DNA of 32,000 bases. It comes from Parasynechococcus marenigrum WH 8102. GTDB taxonomy: Bacteria; Cyanobacteriota; Cyanobacteriia; PCC-6307; Cyanobiaceae. The notes under the pieces were generated by a model, which saw only the letters and a program-made list of their open reading frames with translations, ran no database searches and had not been told where the DNA came from. Location of the stretch: contig NC_005070.1 in the NCBI RefSeq assembly GCF_000195975.1, positions 1,020,001 through 1,052,000 of the forward strand, in the 5' to 3' direction. Positions 11,001 to 19,830 of this stretch are shown here, in pieces. A program made the translations under genes and the position numbers. The stretch's first letter is position 1. Each line of letters starts with the position of its first letter.

Positions 11001-11591
11001 CTCAAGCAACTCACACCCAGTGCTCGACTCCTCGCACCCATCGGCCTGGGGGCGCTTGAAGAGCAACCGGACAAGGCCAAGGTCAGTGCCGTCACGATGA
11101 TCACTGAGTTGCGTCAGGTCACCACCCGCAAGGGGGACGGAATGGCGATCCTCCAGCTGGAGGATCTCTCCGGCAGTTGCGAAGCCGTGGTGTTTCCCAA
11201 GAGTTATGCCCGACTCGCGGACCATCTGATGACAGAGGCGCGTCTTCTCGTCTGGGCGGGCGTCGATCGTCGGGATGATCGCGTTCAGTTGATCATTGAT
11301 GACTGCAGGGCCATTGACGACCTAGCTGTTCTCCTTGTTGAACTCTCCTCCCAGCAGGCCAGCGACATCGCCATCCAACACAAATTGAGGGAGTGCTTGA
11401 CGCAATATCGACCTGAGCGTGAGGAGCTTGGCGTCAAAGTGCCCGTTATCGCTGCGGTTCGCGATGGTCATTCAGTTCGCTATGTCCGACTGGGTTCTCA
11501 GTTCTGCGTCAAGGACGCGGAAGCTGCACTGCAAGCCCTGAAGACACAGGCCTTCACGGCCCGTCACTCAGAGCCCATGGTTCTGGGTTGA
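8073..11591 (+). CDS. dnaE: DNA polymerase III alpha subunit, full length (not split)
   Basis: 1172 aa. PHP N-terminus [19 protein letters not shown]; [21 protein letters not shown]; MPDIDTDFC; [12 protein letters not shown]; an OB-fold-like C-terminus. Confidence 0.97.
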   Translation: MAFVPLHNHSDYSLLDGASQLPAMVERAKELGMPAIALTDHGVMYGAIELLKLCKGSDLKPIIGNEMYVINGSIDDPQPKKEKRYHLVVLAKNAVGYRNLVKLTSISHLRGMRGRGIFSRACIDKHLLKTYSEGLIISTACLGGELPQAILRGRPDVARNVARWYQEVFGEDFYLEIQDHGSPEDRIVNVELVRIAQELGIQLVATNDAHYLSKQDVEAHDALLCVLTGKLISDEKRLRYTGTEYIKTEEEMNRLFVDHLEPDVVRQAIANTVAVAEKVEDYDILGHYQMPRFPIPEGHTAVTYLREVTEQGLRERLELSSDASIPENYAERMAHELKIMEQMGFPTYFLVVWDYIRFAREQKIPVGPGRGSAAGSLVAYALGITNIDPVTNGLLFERFLNPERKSMPDIDTDFCIERRSEVIDYVTERYGDDKVAQIITFNRMTSKAVLKDVARVLDIPYGDADRLAKLIPVVRGKPAKLKAMIGEESPTPEFREKYESDPVVKRWVDMAMRIEGTNKTFGVHAAGVVIAADPLDELVPLQRNNDGQVITQYFMEDVESMGLLKMDFLGLKNLTMIDKTLELVEVSSGTRLDPDKLPPEDADTFALLARGDLEGIFQLESSGMRQIVRDLKPSSLEDISSILALYRPGPLDAGLIPKFINRKHGREAIDFAHTILEPILSETYGIMVYQEQIMRIAQDLAGYSLGQADLLRRAMGKKKVAEMQKHRGIFVKGAAERGVDEAVSDELFDQMVLFAEYCFNKSHSTAYGAVTYQTAYLKAHYPVAYMAALLTVNAGAADKVQRYIANCNAMGIEVMPPDVNASRTDFTPNGDRILFGLSAVRNLGDGAIRQLIRSRDSDGPFRSLPDLCDRIPSSVLNRRGLESLIHCGALDSMDPAANRAQLMADLDLLLDWASSRAKDRDSGQGNLFDLMAAPNDEDGASDLSLAPKAAPVADYGPAEKLKLEKELLGFYLSDHPLKQLTPSARLLAPIGLGALEEQPDKAKVSAVTMITELRQVTTRKGDGMAILQLEDLSGSCEAVVFPKSYARLADHLMTEARLLVWAGVDRRDDRVQLIIDDCRAIDDLAVLLVELSSQQASDIAIQHKLRECLTQYRPEREELGVKVPVIAAVRDGHSVRYVRLGSQFCVKDAEAALQALKTQAFTARHSEPMVLG

Positions 11592-12008
11592 TCAGTCGGA
11601 CTTGTTCTGTTGTTTCTGAGCCTTGATCGACTGGCGCATCCGTTGAACGTTGGGTTTGAGATTCTCCAGACCAAGCAATGAACCGGGCTGTTGATCCCAG
11701 CTGGAGCTCAGCACGCCGAAACTCAGCCCCACCAAGCCGAGAAGAAAAAAGAAACCTGAACCCGCCAGAGTGAGCCCTGGGGCAATATCCGCGATGCCTT
11801 TGGTGATCAGCAGGTAGCTGCCAACAAAAACACCCATGCCGGAGACAGTCGGCACACCTGTGAACACCGCCACACGACGGGCCATCCGGTCAGCGACATA
11901 ACGGGGAATGGCCTCTTGGCGAATGGCTTGGTCGTTGCCGTCGCCCTTGGACCCACCCTTTTTGGAACCCTTGGGCTCAAAGGGAAGTGACTGACGGTCC
12001 TCAGGCAT
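11592..12008 (-). CDS. PAM68-like photosystem II assembly factor (DUF3464)
   Basis: 138 aa. A basic N-terminus, then IPRYVADRMARRVAVFTGVPTVSGMGVF plus two TM segments and SSSWDQQPGSLLGLENL, as in PAM68/Sll0933-type proteins (from memory). Lies 11 nt downstream of rpsO. Confidence 0.78.
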   Translation of the reverse strand: MPEDRQSLPFEPKGSKKGGSKGDGNDQAIRQEAIPRYVADRMARRVAVFTGVPTVSGMGVFVGSYLLITKGIADIAPGLTLAGSGFFFLLGLVGLSFGVLSSSWDQQPGSLLGLENLKPNVQRMRQSIKAQKQQNKSD

Positions 12009-12019
12009 GTTGCGCTCGA

Positions 12020-12289
12020 TCAGCCGCGGATGCCCAGTTTGGCGATGATCTCGGTGTACCGCTGCTCGCTCTTGTTGCGCATGTAGCTGAGCAGGCGCTT
12101 ACGGCGACCAATCATCTTCAGCAACCCCTGGCGCGAGGAGAAGTCGTGGATGTTGTTCTGGAGGTGGCTGCTGAGACGGCTGATCCGCTCGCTCAGCATG
12201 GCGACCTGGACCTCCGCGGAACCGGTGTCGGTGCCGTGGGTCTGGTGGGTGTTGATCAGCTGTTGCTTCTCGGTGGTATCAAGCGACAT
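12020..12289 (-). CDS. rpsO: 30S ribosomal protein S15
   Basis: 89 aa: [54 protein letters not shown] is the canonical S15 sequence. Confidence 0.97.
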   Translation of the reverse strand: MSLDTTEKQQLINTHQTHGTDTGSAEVQVAMLSERISRLSSHLQNNIHDFSSRQGLLKMIGRRKRLLSYMRNKSEQRYTEIIAKLGIRG

Positions 12290-12333
12290 GCGCGGGGTGC
12301 AGCCCTGTCAGTGCAAACAATGATCTTACCCGG

Positions 12334-12951
12334 TCAAGGATCTGTGGATGACATCAACTTGATGCAGGCCCTCAGCCAGGCGTCGTCGTCATCACCGTCC
12401 TGCGGGCCTCCCATGCCGTTCAGCCGTTGCAGAGCGTCCCGAATCTCGTGGGTTTCAAAGCCGAGGGTCTCCAAGGTGGCGATGAGGTCCGGCGCAACTG
12501 GATCCAATTGATTGCGTTCAGGACCTGTGGAAGCAACGCTGTCCGTCAGTCGTGTGCGCAGCTCCAGCGCCAGACGCTCTGCCGTTCGTTTGCCGACACC
12601 TTTAGCTCTGCAAAGGGTTTTGAGATCGGAGTGGACCAGAGCCGTGACAAGTTCCTTGTACGCACATGCATTAAGCAAGGCAAGTCCTGCTTGTGGCCCT
12701 ACTCCGCTCACTTGGATTAGTTCCCTGAACAGGTCCCGTTCAGCCAATTGGAGAAATCCGAACAATTGAAGGTTGTCAGCACTGACCACCTGATGAATCC
12801 AGAACTCATGACGTTGATCAGTTGAGACGGCTTGCCAGTCCCGTTCAATGAGTTGAACGTCGTAACCAACTCCGCCGCAGGCAATCAGCACAAGGTTGCG
12901 GGACCCTTTCTGGTCACGATGCTGGACATCTCCCTTCAGCCACCCAATCAT
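12334..12951 (-). CDS. ruvA: Holliday junction branch-migration complex subunit RuvA
   Basis: 205 aa: MIGWLKG..., GVGYDVQL, FGF....ERDLFRELIQVSGVGPQAGLALL, CRAKGVGKRTAERLALEL (HhH motifs). Confidence 0.93.
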   Translation of the reverse strand: MIGWLKGDVQHRDQKGSRNLVLIACGGVGYDVQLIERDWQAVSTDQRHEFWIHQVVSADNLQLFGFLQLAERDLFRELIQVSGVGPQAGLALLNACAYKELVTALVHSDLKTLCRAKGVGKRTAERLALELRTRLTDSVASTGPERNQLDPVAPDLIATLETLGFETHEIRDALQRLNGMGGPQDGDDDDAWLRACIKLMSSTDP

Positions 12952-13193
12952 TGTGCTTAATCAGTTTTGTGAGTGTAAACGACTTTTTTTGATGCGTTGT
13001 GTTTGATCATGTTTGTTGTGACTTCATCCTTTGAGGGGTGGGCCCTGGCTGGACTTCGTCCGCAAGGAGGTCTTGATCTGCTGCTAATTCCCCTGCAAAT
13101 TGATGAATCGTTCGGGATTCAGGTTGGGCCAAATCCTTTCCAGCGTTGATTGATATTTGTTGGAGTCGCGATCGTCAAGTAGAGTGATTATTA

Positions 13194-13664
13194 ATGCTTG
13201 AAGATCGGTTCATGCAAGTCAGCATGATCTATGTGCACATTTCGCGTCATGTCTTGACTGTCTTGTCAGGTCTCTTGATCGTCGTAACTCTGTCGTCCTG
13301 CACCCTTCGCAATGAGCCGCCCCGCGCCATTGTCATTGAGGCCTTGCAGTCACAGATCCAGACGACCCAGGTCTCCATTGCACAAAGTCTTGACTTGCAA
13401 CCTGTGGCCTCTGCTCCTGCCGTCAGCCGTGTTCGCGTCGACCATCAAGAGGTCCTCAAGGTGGAGGGCGAGCGTTTCGTGCACTTAAAAGGCAGTTTTG
13501 ACTGGCAGTTACCTCGGGACAGCGTCCGTGTGGACAGTGCCTTTGATCTCTACCTCCAGCGTGGGTCGCACGGAGAAGGGTGGAGTCTTGCCAGGCCTGC
13601 AGCAAGCAATGGTGGTGAAGCCCAGCGTTGGCTGCTCTACCCCCTCGGCTTGCCCACGAGCTGA
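13194..13664 (+). CDS. hypothetical lipoprotein
   Basis: Signal peptide with the lipobox LIVVTLSS-C. Alternative ATG starts at 13212 and 13224; the last gives MIYVHISRHVLTVLSGLLIVVTLSSC. No family recognised. Confidence 0.6.
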   Translation: MLEDRFMQVSMIYVHISRHVLTVLSGLLIVVTLSSCTLRNEPPRAIVIEALQSQIQTTQVSIAQSLDLQPVASAPAVSRVRVDHQEVLKVEGERFVHLKGSFDWQLPRDSVRVDSAFDLYLQRGSHGEGWSLARPAASNGGEAQRWLLYPLGLPTS

Positions 13665-13669
13665 TCTGA

Positions 13670-14557
13670 TCAGGGCTGACGGCTGGAGAGGCTGATAAAG
13701 GATGCACCCAGCACCAGCGCTGCACCAACACAGGTGAATGCCGTAATCGATTCGTTGAACCAGATCCATCCCCAGCTGGCAGCAAACAACACCTGGACGT
13801 AATTCAGCGACGTCGCCCTCGCCGCTGGCAGACAGCTCAGCCCTTTGGTCACCCAGATCTGGCCGAGTTGAGTCAGCACACCGACTCCGAGCAACCAGAT
13901 CCAATCCACCGCGGAAGGCCAGACCCCGCTGTGCAGAACCATCAGCAACGTGAGGGGAATCGAGACCAGAGGGAAATAAAGAATGATCACCAAGGGGTGT
14001 TCCTTGGTCGATAAGCGTCGAACGCACACATAAGCCAGAGCAGTGAACAAGGCTCCTCCCAGGGCTGTCAGCACTGGGCGTAACGCCAGCCCGTTCTGGC
14101 CTGCACCCAGCCATTCCGGTTGGATCACAAACACCACACCGATCCAGCCCAGCAGTACGGCCAAGCCAATGCGACGGCGCAGGCGTTCCCCCAGCAACAG
14201 CCAGGCCGCCGCTGCGGTGAATGTTGGGTAGGTGTACTGCAGGACCGTGGCGGATGCCAGCGGCAACGCAGTGATCGCCTCGAAGAAGCAAAGCAGGGCA
14301 ACGCTTCCACAGATGCCGCGCAGCAGCAGCAGGCGTCGGTTGTTCCCCAGGGGGCTGACCCCTCCAAGCGCCATGGCTGTTCCCGTCAGGGCAATGCTCA
14401 CAACGGATCGGACCAGCACGATCTCGCTGACGGGAATTCGCCCTCCCAGTTGCTTGACGCACACCGTCATCAGGCTGAAGGCCAGGGAGCTCAGAACCAG
14501 GGCCCTCGCTCCCTGCATGTCTTGGCGCTGCCACCAGGCCAACGTCTGTTCATCCAT
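13670..14557 (-). CDS. EamA/DMT-superfamily transporter
   Basis: About 10 predicted TM helices in two EamA-like halves (ALVLSSLAFSLMTVCVKQLGG..., LLRGICGSVALLCFFEAITALPLA...). The ORF opens at TTG 14623. ATG 14557 (MDEQTLAWW...) is the preferred start because it avoids overlap with the dnaG start. Confidence 0.85.
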   Translation of the reverse strand: MDEQTLAWWQRQDMQGARALVLSSLAFSLMTVCVKQLGGRIPVSEIVLVRSVVSIALTGTAMALGGVSPLGNNRRLLLLRGICGSVALLCFFEAITALPLASATVLQYTYPTFTAAAAWLLLGERLRRRIGLAVLLGWIGVVFVIQPEWLGAGQNGLALRPVLTALGGALFTALAYVCVRRLSTKEHPLVIILYFPLVSIPLTLLMVLHSGVWPSAVDWIWLLGVGVLTQLGQIWVTKGLSCLPAARATSLNYVQVLFAASWGWIWFNESITAFTCVGAALVLGASFISLSSRQP

Positions 14558-14615
14558 GGTTGCGCTGGTGCTCCTGATGGGTGGACGCCGACCTGCGACT
14601 TCGCAGAATGGGTCC

Positions 14616-16667
14616 ATGGCCAATGCCCGACTTCATCCCCGCACCATCGACGCCGTCAAAGAGCGGGCGGACATCGTCGATGTGGTGGGCGACCACGTCG
14701 TTCTGAAAAAGAAAGGACGGGAGTTTGTCGGCATCTGTCCGTTTCACGACGACAGCAAGCCGTCGATGACGGTGTCTCCCGCCAAGCAGTTCTACTACTG
14801 CTTCTCCTGTGGTGCGGGCGGCAATTCCATCAAGTTCCTGATGGAGTTTCAGCGGCAGAGTTTCAGCGATGTGGTGCTGGATCTGGCCCGTCGCTATCAG
14901 GTGCCGGTCGAGACCGTTGATGGTCCTCAGCAGGAGCGGTTGAAGCAGCAACTCTCCCGGCGGGAGAAGCTTCAGCGGGCCCTGGCCTTGGCTGCCGGTT
15001 GGTTTCGCAGCCAGTTGCGCAGCACGACGGGTGAGCAGGCCCTTGCATACCTCACGGAAGCCCGCGGCCTGACACTCGCCACCCAGGAGACATTCGGTCT
15101 CGGTTACGCCCCGGATCAATGGGACAGCCTGCTGAACCATCTGCAGCAGGTGGAAGGCCTTTCGGCTGAACTGTTGGAGGCAGCTGGACTGGTGGTCCCC
15201 CGCAAGGGTGGCAATGGCTTCTACGACCGTTTTCGCCATCGGGTGATGGTTCCGATTCACGACCGTCAGGGTCGTGTGATTGGCTTCGGTGGCCGGAGTT
15301 TGGATGGCAGCGAGCCCAAATACCTGAACTCCCCAGAGACGGAGGTGTTCGAGAAAGGCAAGCATCTGTTCGGTCTCGACAAGGCCACCAACACCATCCG
15401 CAAGCAGGACCGTGCTGTGGTGGTGGAGGGTTACTTCGATGTCATCGCCCTGCATGCGGCTGGGATCACCAATGCGGTGGCGTCCCTAGGCACCGCCCTC
15501 AGCAGCCAGCAGATCACCCAGCTCTGCCGCGTCACCGACGGCAAGCGCATCGTTCTCAACTTTGACGCGGACGGCGCTGGGGTTCGTGCGGCCAACCGCG
15601 CCATCGGTGAAGTGGAGCAGCTCGCCTTGCAGGGGCAACTGGAGCTGCGGGTGCTGCATCTGCCCTCCGGCAAAGATCCAGATGAGTTCCTCAAGGACCA
15701 TGGCGCCGGGGATTACCGGGCTCTGCTCGATCAGGCGCCTCTCTGGCTGGACTGGCAGATCGAACAGGCCCTCGCCGATCGAGACCTTGCCAAGGCGGAT
15801 CAATTCCAGCAGGCGGTCTCGGCCTTGGTCGCTCTGCTGGGCAAGTTGCCCCAGTCGGCGGTGCGCACCCATTACCTGCAACGGGTCGCTGAACGGCTCA
15901 GCGGCGGTCAGGGCCGTCTTGCTCTGCAGCTCGAGGATGACCTGCGCCAGCAGGTGAAGGGCCAGCGTTGGCATGGTCGATCCAGCCGGCATGACCAGCC
16001 GGGCGACACCAGTCAGCGGGAGCGCTGTGAGGCTGATCTGCTGCGCCTTTATCTCCATGCCCCCCGCTACAGGGGCACGATCCGCCAGGAGTTGCGCCAA
16101 CGGGAACTGGAGGACTTTGCGATCCCCCATCACCGTCTGCTCTGGGCCTCTCTGACGGAACTTGAGGAGACCAACCTCGGTGTGGGCCGCCTGGAATCGA
16201 TCAGCCATGGTGAAGATGATGGTGACGGCCTGGATGGGCTGGACCTGCCCCGTCTGCTGACGGATCAGCTGCTGCTGGAGAACAGCCCTCTGTTGTCACG
16301 GCTGACGCCGTTGCTTGAGCCGGGTGAACTGGAGCGTGTCGCCCTGGCCGAACCGCTCGAGCAGTTGCGTGGGCTCGCGGCATTGTTGGAGCGTCAGAAG
16401 AGCTTCAAGCGCTGCCGCCACCTGCTGGAAGCCTGGGGTGGGCAGCGTCTGCAGACCTTGGAAGCCTGTATTTCCGTGTTGGTGCAAGACAACCAGGAGG
16501 ATCAGCAGGGCGTGGATATGGAAGGTCGCATCGAGCAACTGTTCGAGGAGCTCAACCGCGATGCGTTGCACTATCAGGAGCTGTATTACAGCGAGCGGAA
16601 GCACATCCAGCATCTCGATCAGCAACGCCGCGGCGGCTTCCAGACCATTGATGCCCTGTCCGCCTGA
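14616..16667 (+). CDS. dnaG: DNA primase
   Basis: Zinc finger CPFHDDSKPSMTVSPAKQFYYCFSCGAGGN and a TOPRIM region VVVEGYFDVIALHAAG, NFDADGAG. The true start is ATG 14616 (MANARLHPRTIDAVKERADIVDVV). The track ORF start at 14232 is an antisense read-through of the EamA gene. Confidence 0.95.
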   Translation: MANARLHPRTIDAVKERADIVDVVGDHVVLKKKGREFVGICPFHDDSKPSMTVSPAKQFYYCFSCGAGGNSIKFLMEFQRQSFSDVVLDLARRYQVPVETVDGPQQERLKQQLSRREKLQRALALAAGWFRSQLRSTTGEQALAYLTEARGLTLATQETFGLGYAPDQWDSLLNHLQQVEGLSAELLEAAGLVVPRKGGNGFYDRFRHRVMVPIHDRQGRVIGFGGRSLDGSEPKYLNSPETEVFEKGKHLFGLDKATNTIRKQDRAVVVEGYFDVIALHAAGITNAVASLGTALSSQQITQLCRVTDGKRIVLNFDADGAGVRAANRAIGEVEQLALQGQLELRVLHLPSGKDPDEFLKDHGAGDYRALLDQAPLWLDWQIEQALADRDLAKADQFQQAVSALVALLGKLPQSAVRTHYLQRVAERLSGGQGRLALQLEDDLRQQVKGQRWHGRSSRHDQPGDTSQRERCEADLLRLYLHAPRYRGTIRQELRQRELEDFAIPHHRLLWASLTELEETNLGVGRLESISHGEDDGDGLDGLDLPRLLTDQLLLENSPLLSRLTPLLEPGELERVALAEPLEQLRGLAALLERQKSFKRCRHLLEAWGGQRLQTLEACISVLVQDNQEDQQGVDMEGRIEQLFEELNRDALHYQELYYSERKHIQHLDQQRRGGFQTIDALSA

Positions 16668-16708
16668 ACCCCGCGGGCGGATGATGGATTCCCCGTTCTG
16701 TCGTGGTG

Positions 16709-17719
16709 ATGGGCCTGTTCGAGCGCTACCTCTCCCTGTGGATCGGTCTGGCGATTGTGGTGGGTGTGGTTCTGGGGGGCGTTTTTCCTGATCTGGCGAG
16801 CTGGATCGCCTCATTGGAGGTGGCCCGCATCAACGTTCCGATCGCCGTTCTGATCTGGGGAATGATCGTTCCGATGATGCTGGCTGTGGATTTCTCCGCC
16901 ATCGGTGGCATCCGCCAGCAACCGCGGGGGCTGCTGGTCACTGTGGCCGTGAACTGGTTGATCAAGCCCCTCACGATGACGGCTCTGGCCTGGTTGTTCA
17001 TCCGTGGGGTGTTCGCGGCCTGGATCCCGGAAGCGATGGGTCAGGAGTATGTGGCCGGGATGATTCTGCTGGGGGTGGCCCCTTGCACCGCGATGGTGTT
17101 CGTGTGGAGTCGCCTCAGTGATGGGGATCCCAACTACACCCTGGTGCAGGTGGCGGTGAACGACCTGATCATGGTGTTTGCCTTTGCGCCGATTGCAGCG
17201 TTGTTGCTGGGTGTGAGTGACGTGCTGGTGCCATGGGACACGATGATCACGGCGGTGGGCCTGTTCGTTGTGGTGCCGTTAGCGACGGGCTGGTTGATGC
17301 GGGTGTTGTTTAAGTCCCCTGGTCGGATTGCGCGGTTGGAGGCCCAGCTCAAGCCGCTGGCGATCACGGCTCTGATCGCCACTGTGCTGCTGCTGTTCAT
17401 GGTGCAGGCCCTGTCGATCCTGTCCAATCCCCAGGCGATCGTGCTGATCGCGATCCCGCTCATCCTGCAGACCTATCTGATCTTCTGGCTCACGGCGCAG
17501 TGGATGCGTCTCTGGGGGCAACCACGCACGGTCGCGGCCCCTGGCGCGATGATCGGCGCCTCCAATTTCTTTGAACTGGCGGTGGCTGTGGCCATCAGCC
17601 TGTTCGGCTTGAATTCCGGCGCTGCCCTCGCCACTGTGGTGGGGGTGCTGGTGGAGGTGCCGGTGATGCTGTCGCTGGTAGCGATCGCCAACCGCAACCA
17701 ACGTCTGTTCCCCGCTTGA
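16709..17719 (+). CDS. acr3: ACR3-family arsenite efflux permease
   Basis: [24 protein letters not shown]-terminus, [12 protein letters not shown] (conserved Cys-containing motif), ~10 TM helices. Only 41 nt after the dnaG stop. Confidence 0.9.
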   Translation: MGLFERYLSLWIGLAIVVGVVLGGVFPDLASWIASLEVARINVPIAVLIWGMIVPMMLAVDFSAIGGIRQQPRGLLVTVAVNWLIKPLTMTALAWLFIRGVFAAWIPEAMGQEYVAGMILLGVAPCTAMVFVWSRLSDGDPNYTLVQVAVNDLIMVFAFAPIAALLLGVSDVLVPWDTMITAVGLFVVVPLATGWLMRVLFKSPGRIARLEAQLKPLAITALIATVLLLFMVQALSILSNPQAIVLIAIPLILQTYLIFWLTAQWMRLWGQPRTVAAPGAMIGASNFFELAVAVAISLFGLNSGAALATVVGVLVEVPVMLSLVAIANRNQRLFPA

Positions 17720-17720
17720 G

Positions 17721-17978
17721 ATGTCTCAATTCTTCGAAGCGATCTGGCACGGTGAGGGCATCGGCGACGGTGCTGATCTGGAGGAAGCTCTTCAGGCCTA
17801 TGCCGTGGTGAAACCGGAGGACGGCGACTGGGTTGAGGCTTGTGCTGCTGACGGGGCTGATCCTGTGATCGAGCGCTTCGCGTCCTTCGACGCCTATCTG
17901 GATAACGCTGATCCGCTGGAGACCATCGCTGTGTCACCGCAGATGATTGCCGAGGCGATTGCGCTGTTGCCGGTTTGA
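17721..17978 (+). CDS. hypothetical, strongly acidic 85-aa protein
   Basis: ATG 1 nt after the acr3 stop. By hand count 9 Asp + 9 Glu versus 1 Lys + 1 Arg. G/C-ending codons like the neighbouring genes. No family recognised. Confidence 0.55.
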   Translation: MSQFFEAIWHGEGIGDGADLEEALQAYAVVKPEDGDWVEACAADGADPVIERFASFDAYLDNADPLETIAVSPQMIAEAIALLPV

Positions 17979-18274
17979 TGTCCGACGCTCAGCTTGATTT
18001 TGCGGCCTTGACGCCTGTCAATCATCTTTGGCCGGCCTTCGTTGAGCGTCTTGGCACCGACAAGGCCCAGCGGGCCGTGCGGCAAGCCCTTGATCTTCAG
18101 GGCATGCGTGGCCATGACGGCACCTTGCCGGTGCTGTTCGTTGAGACCGGTGGTCTGGCACTGGCCAGCACCGATCTGGTGCGGGAACAGACGGGACTCA
18201 ATGCCCATGGTGATCGGATGGTGCTGCTGCTCAGCAGCCGCGACCAAGTGATCCAGTTGCTGCAGCAGGCTTAG
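17978..18274 (+). CDS. hypothetical 98-aa protein, translationally coupled to the upstream acidic ORF
   Basis: The ATG at 17978 overlaps the upstream TGA (TGATG). An in-frame TTG lies at 17975. No Cys and no recognised motif. Confidence 0.55.
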   Translation: MSDAQLDFAALTPVNHLWPAFVERLGTDKAQRAVRQALDLQGMRGHDGTLPVLFVETGGLALASTDLVREQTGLNAHGDRMVLLLSSRDQVIQLLQQA

Positions 18275-18453
18275 AGGAAGGCGGCCGGGGCATAGGTCAG
18301 TCGATGCCGTTCAGCCTGCAGAGCGGTCTGCGGGAATCGCGCCTTGGCCTGCGGTTGTTCCGTCGGCGTTTCCATGGTTCCTGCGCTGATCTGTTGGCCC
18401 ACCAGCACCGCCAGTGCACTGATGATCAAGGTGATTGCTTTCTCTTTCCCCAT
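18271..18453 (-). CDS. possible small secreted/membrane peptide (60 aa)
   Basis: ATG ORF with a signal-peptide-like N-terminus MGKEKAITLIISALAVLVGQQISA. Lies 95 nt downstream of umuC on the same strand. Its stop overlaps the stop of the convergent 98-aa ORF. Confidence 0.3.
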   Translation of the reverse strand: MGKEKAITLIISALAVLVGQQISAGTMETPTEQPQAKARFPQTALQAERHRLTYAPAAFL

Positions 18454-18548
18454 GCCATGGTTTGGCTCTTGATCAAGGTTGTCGTTCGCGTCGTCGTCTC
18501 ATCCTTGGCATTCCCCTGAATCGGCTGAGCGCTGTCTGAGAGTGCATC

Positions 18549-19829
18549 TCAGCGATCGGCGTGCACCACTGGAACATCACTCAGCCGGGTGGTGGCGGTC
18601 CGTCCCAGCCGCTCCCGTCGCATCATCCAGCTCGGATGCAACCCGCAGGCTGCCCACTGGACCGTGCCTCGGCCATAGCGGCGATTGAGCCGATCAATGG
18701 TGCGCATCAGCTCCTCTCGTCGTTGTTGCTGTGCCTCACTCAGTGGCACCAGAAGATGGGACTGGAGCAGCTCGGTTCCCTGCAGGTGCTGCATCAGCAC
18801 CCCCGCCTTCGCCAGCTGTCGGTGTGGCCGGAAGATGCGGTCCACCAGGGGGAGCGCTGCCTCCAGCAGAACGGTGGTGTCGTTGCTGGGCAGATCCAGT
18901 CGGGTGCTGGCGGCCTGGCTGTAAAACGCGGGGATGAAGGGGCTGGTGCGGGTGTACACCGTGAGGGCGGCAGCCCGTTGGTGCTGCTTGCGCAGTTTTT
19001 CCGCGGCGCGCACCACATAGGTGGCGACGGCCTGCCGCAGTTCCTCCAGGGTCGTGATCGGCCTGCTGAAGCTGCGGCTCACGCAGGTTTCCTGTTTGGG
19101 GGACGGTGCCAACGCCAGTGGCAAGCAGGCATGGCCGCGCAGTTCCCGCTGCAGCCGCAACCCCACCACACCGCACTTCGCCCGAAGTTCACCGCTGGGC
19201 ATGTCCCGCAGCAGGCGGGCGTTGTTCACCCCCCGCAGCCGGCACCAGCGCGCCAGTTTGCGGCCGATGCCCCAGACGTCCTCGATTGCGATGGTCTCGA
19301 GCCAGGCGTCGGGATCCGTGCAGTGGCCCAGATCGAAGATGCCGGCATGGGCGGGGACTTGCTTGGCCAGGCGATTGGCCAGTTTTGCCTGGCTTTTGCT
19401 GGCCCCCAGGCCGATGGCGATCGGCAGCCCCAGGTCCTGGCGCACCCGGGCTCGCAGGGATCGCCCCCAGCTCTGCAAGTCACCATCCTTCGGACGACGG
19501 ACGCGCCCGAAGGCTTCGTCGATGGAATAGATCTCGAGCTCTTCGCAGTGAATTTCCAGCAGGCTCATCATCCGCTGGCTCATGTCGGCGTACAGGGCGT
19601 AGTTCGAGCTGCGCACCACCACGTTCTGGCGTTCCAACTCCTGACGCGCCTTGAAATAGGGGGTTCCCATCGCAATGCCGAGGGCCCGGGCTTCTGCACT
19701 GCGGGCCACGATGCAGCCGTCGTTGTTGGAGAGCACGACGACGGGTTTGCCGATCAGGCTGGGGTCAAGGCTCTGTTCGCAGGATGCGTAGAAGTTGTTG
19801 CCGTCGATCAGGGCGGTGGCAAGGCCCAT
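18549..19829 (-). CDS. umuC: Y-family translesion DNA polymerase V catalytic subunit UmuC
   Basis: 426 aa: ALIDGNNFYASCEQSLDPSLIGKPVVVLSNNDGCIVARSAEARALGI, YSIDEAF, VWGIGRK. Confidence 0.93.
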   Translation of the reverse strand: MGLATALIDGNNFYASCEQSLDPSLIGKPVVVLSNNDGCIVARSAEARALGIAMGTPYFKARQELERQNVVVRSSNYALYADMSQRMMSLLEIHCEELEIYSIDEAFGRVRRPKDGDLQSWGRSLRARVRQDLGLPIAIGLGASKSQAKLANRLAKQVPAHAGIFDLGHCTDPDAWLETIAIEDVWGIGRKLARWCRLRGVNNARLLRDMPSGELRAKCGVVGLRLQRELRGHACLPLALAPSPKQETCVSRSFSRPITTLEELRQAVATYVVRAAEKLRKQHQRAAALTVYTRTSPFIPAFYSQAASTRLDLPSNDTTVLLEAALPLVDRIFRPHRQLAKAGVLMQHLQGTELLQSHLLVPLSEAQQQRREELMRTIDRLNRRYGRGTVQWAACGLHPSWMMRRERLGRTATTRLSDVPVVHADR

Positions 19830-19830
19830 G

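Noticed and set aside
8073-11591. Checked dnaE for the split-intein arrangement known from Synechocystis and Nostoc
   Set aside because: The gene is a single uninterrupted 1172-aa ORF of normal length with no Cys/Ser-initiated insertion. This is ordinary for marine Synechococcus.
14232-14615. Upstream 128-codon extension of the dnaG ORF, and ORF 14120-14920
   Set aside because: Both are antisense to the EamA transporter. The canonical primase N-terminus begins at ATG 14616.
14557-14623. Possible overlapping divergent starts of EamA (ATG 14617 or TTG 14623) and dnaG (ATG 14616) on a CCATGG palindrome
   Set aside because: The downstream ATG 14557 gives a normal EamA N-terminus and leaves a 58-nt divergent promoter. 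Overlapping starts are unnecessary and less likely.
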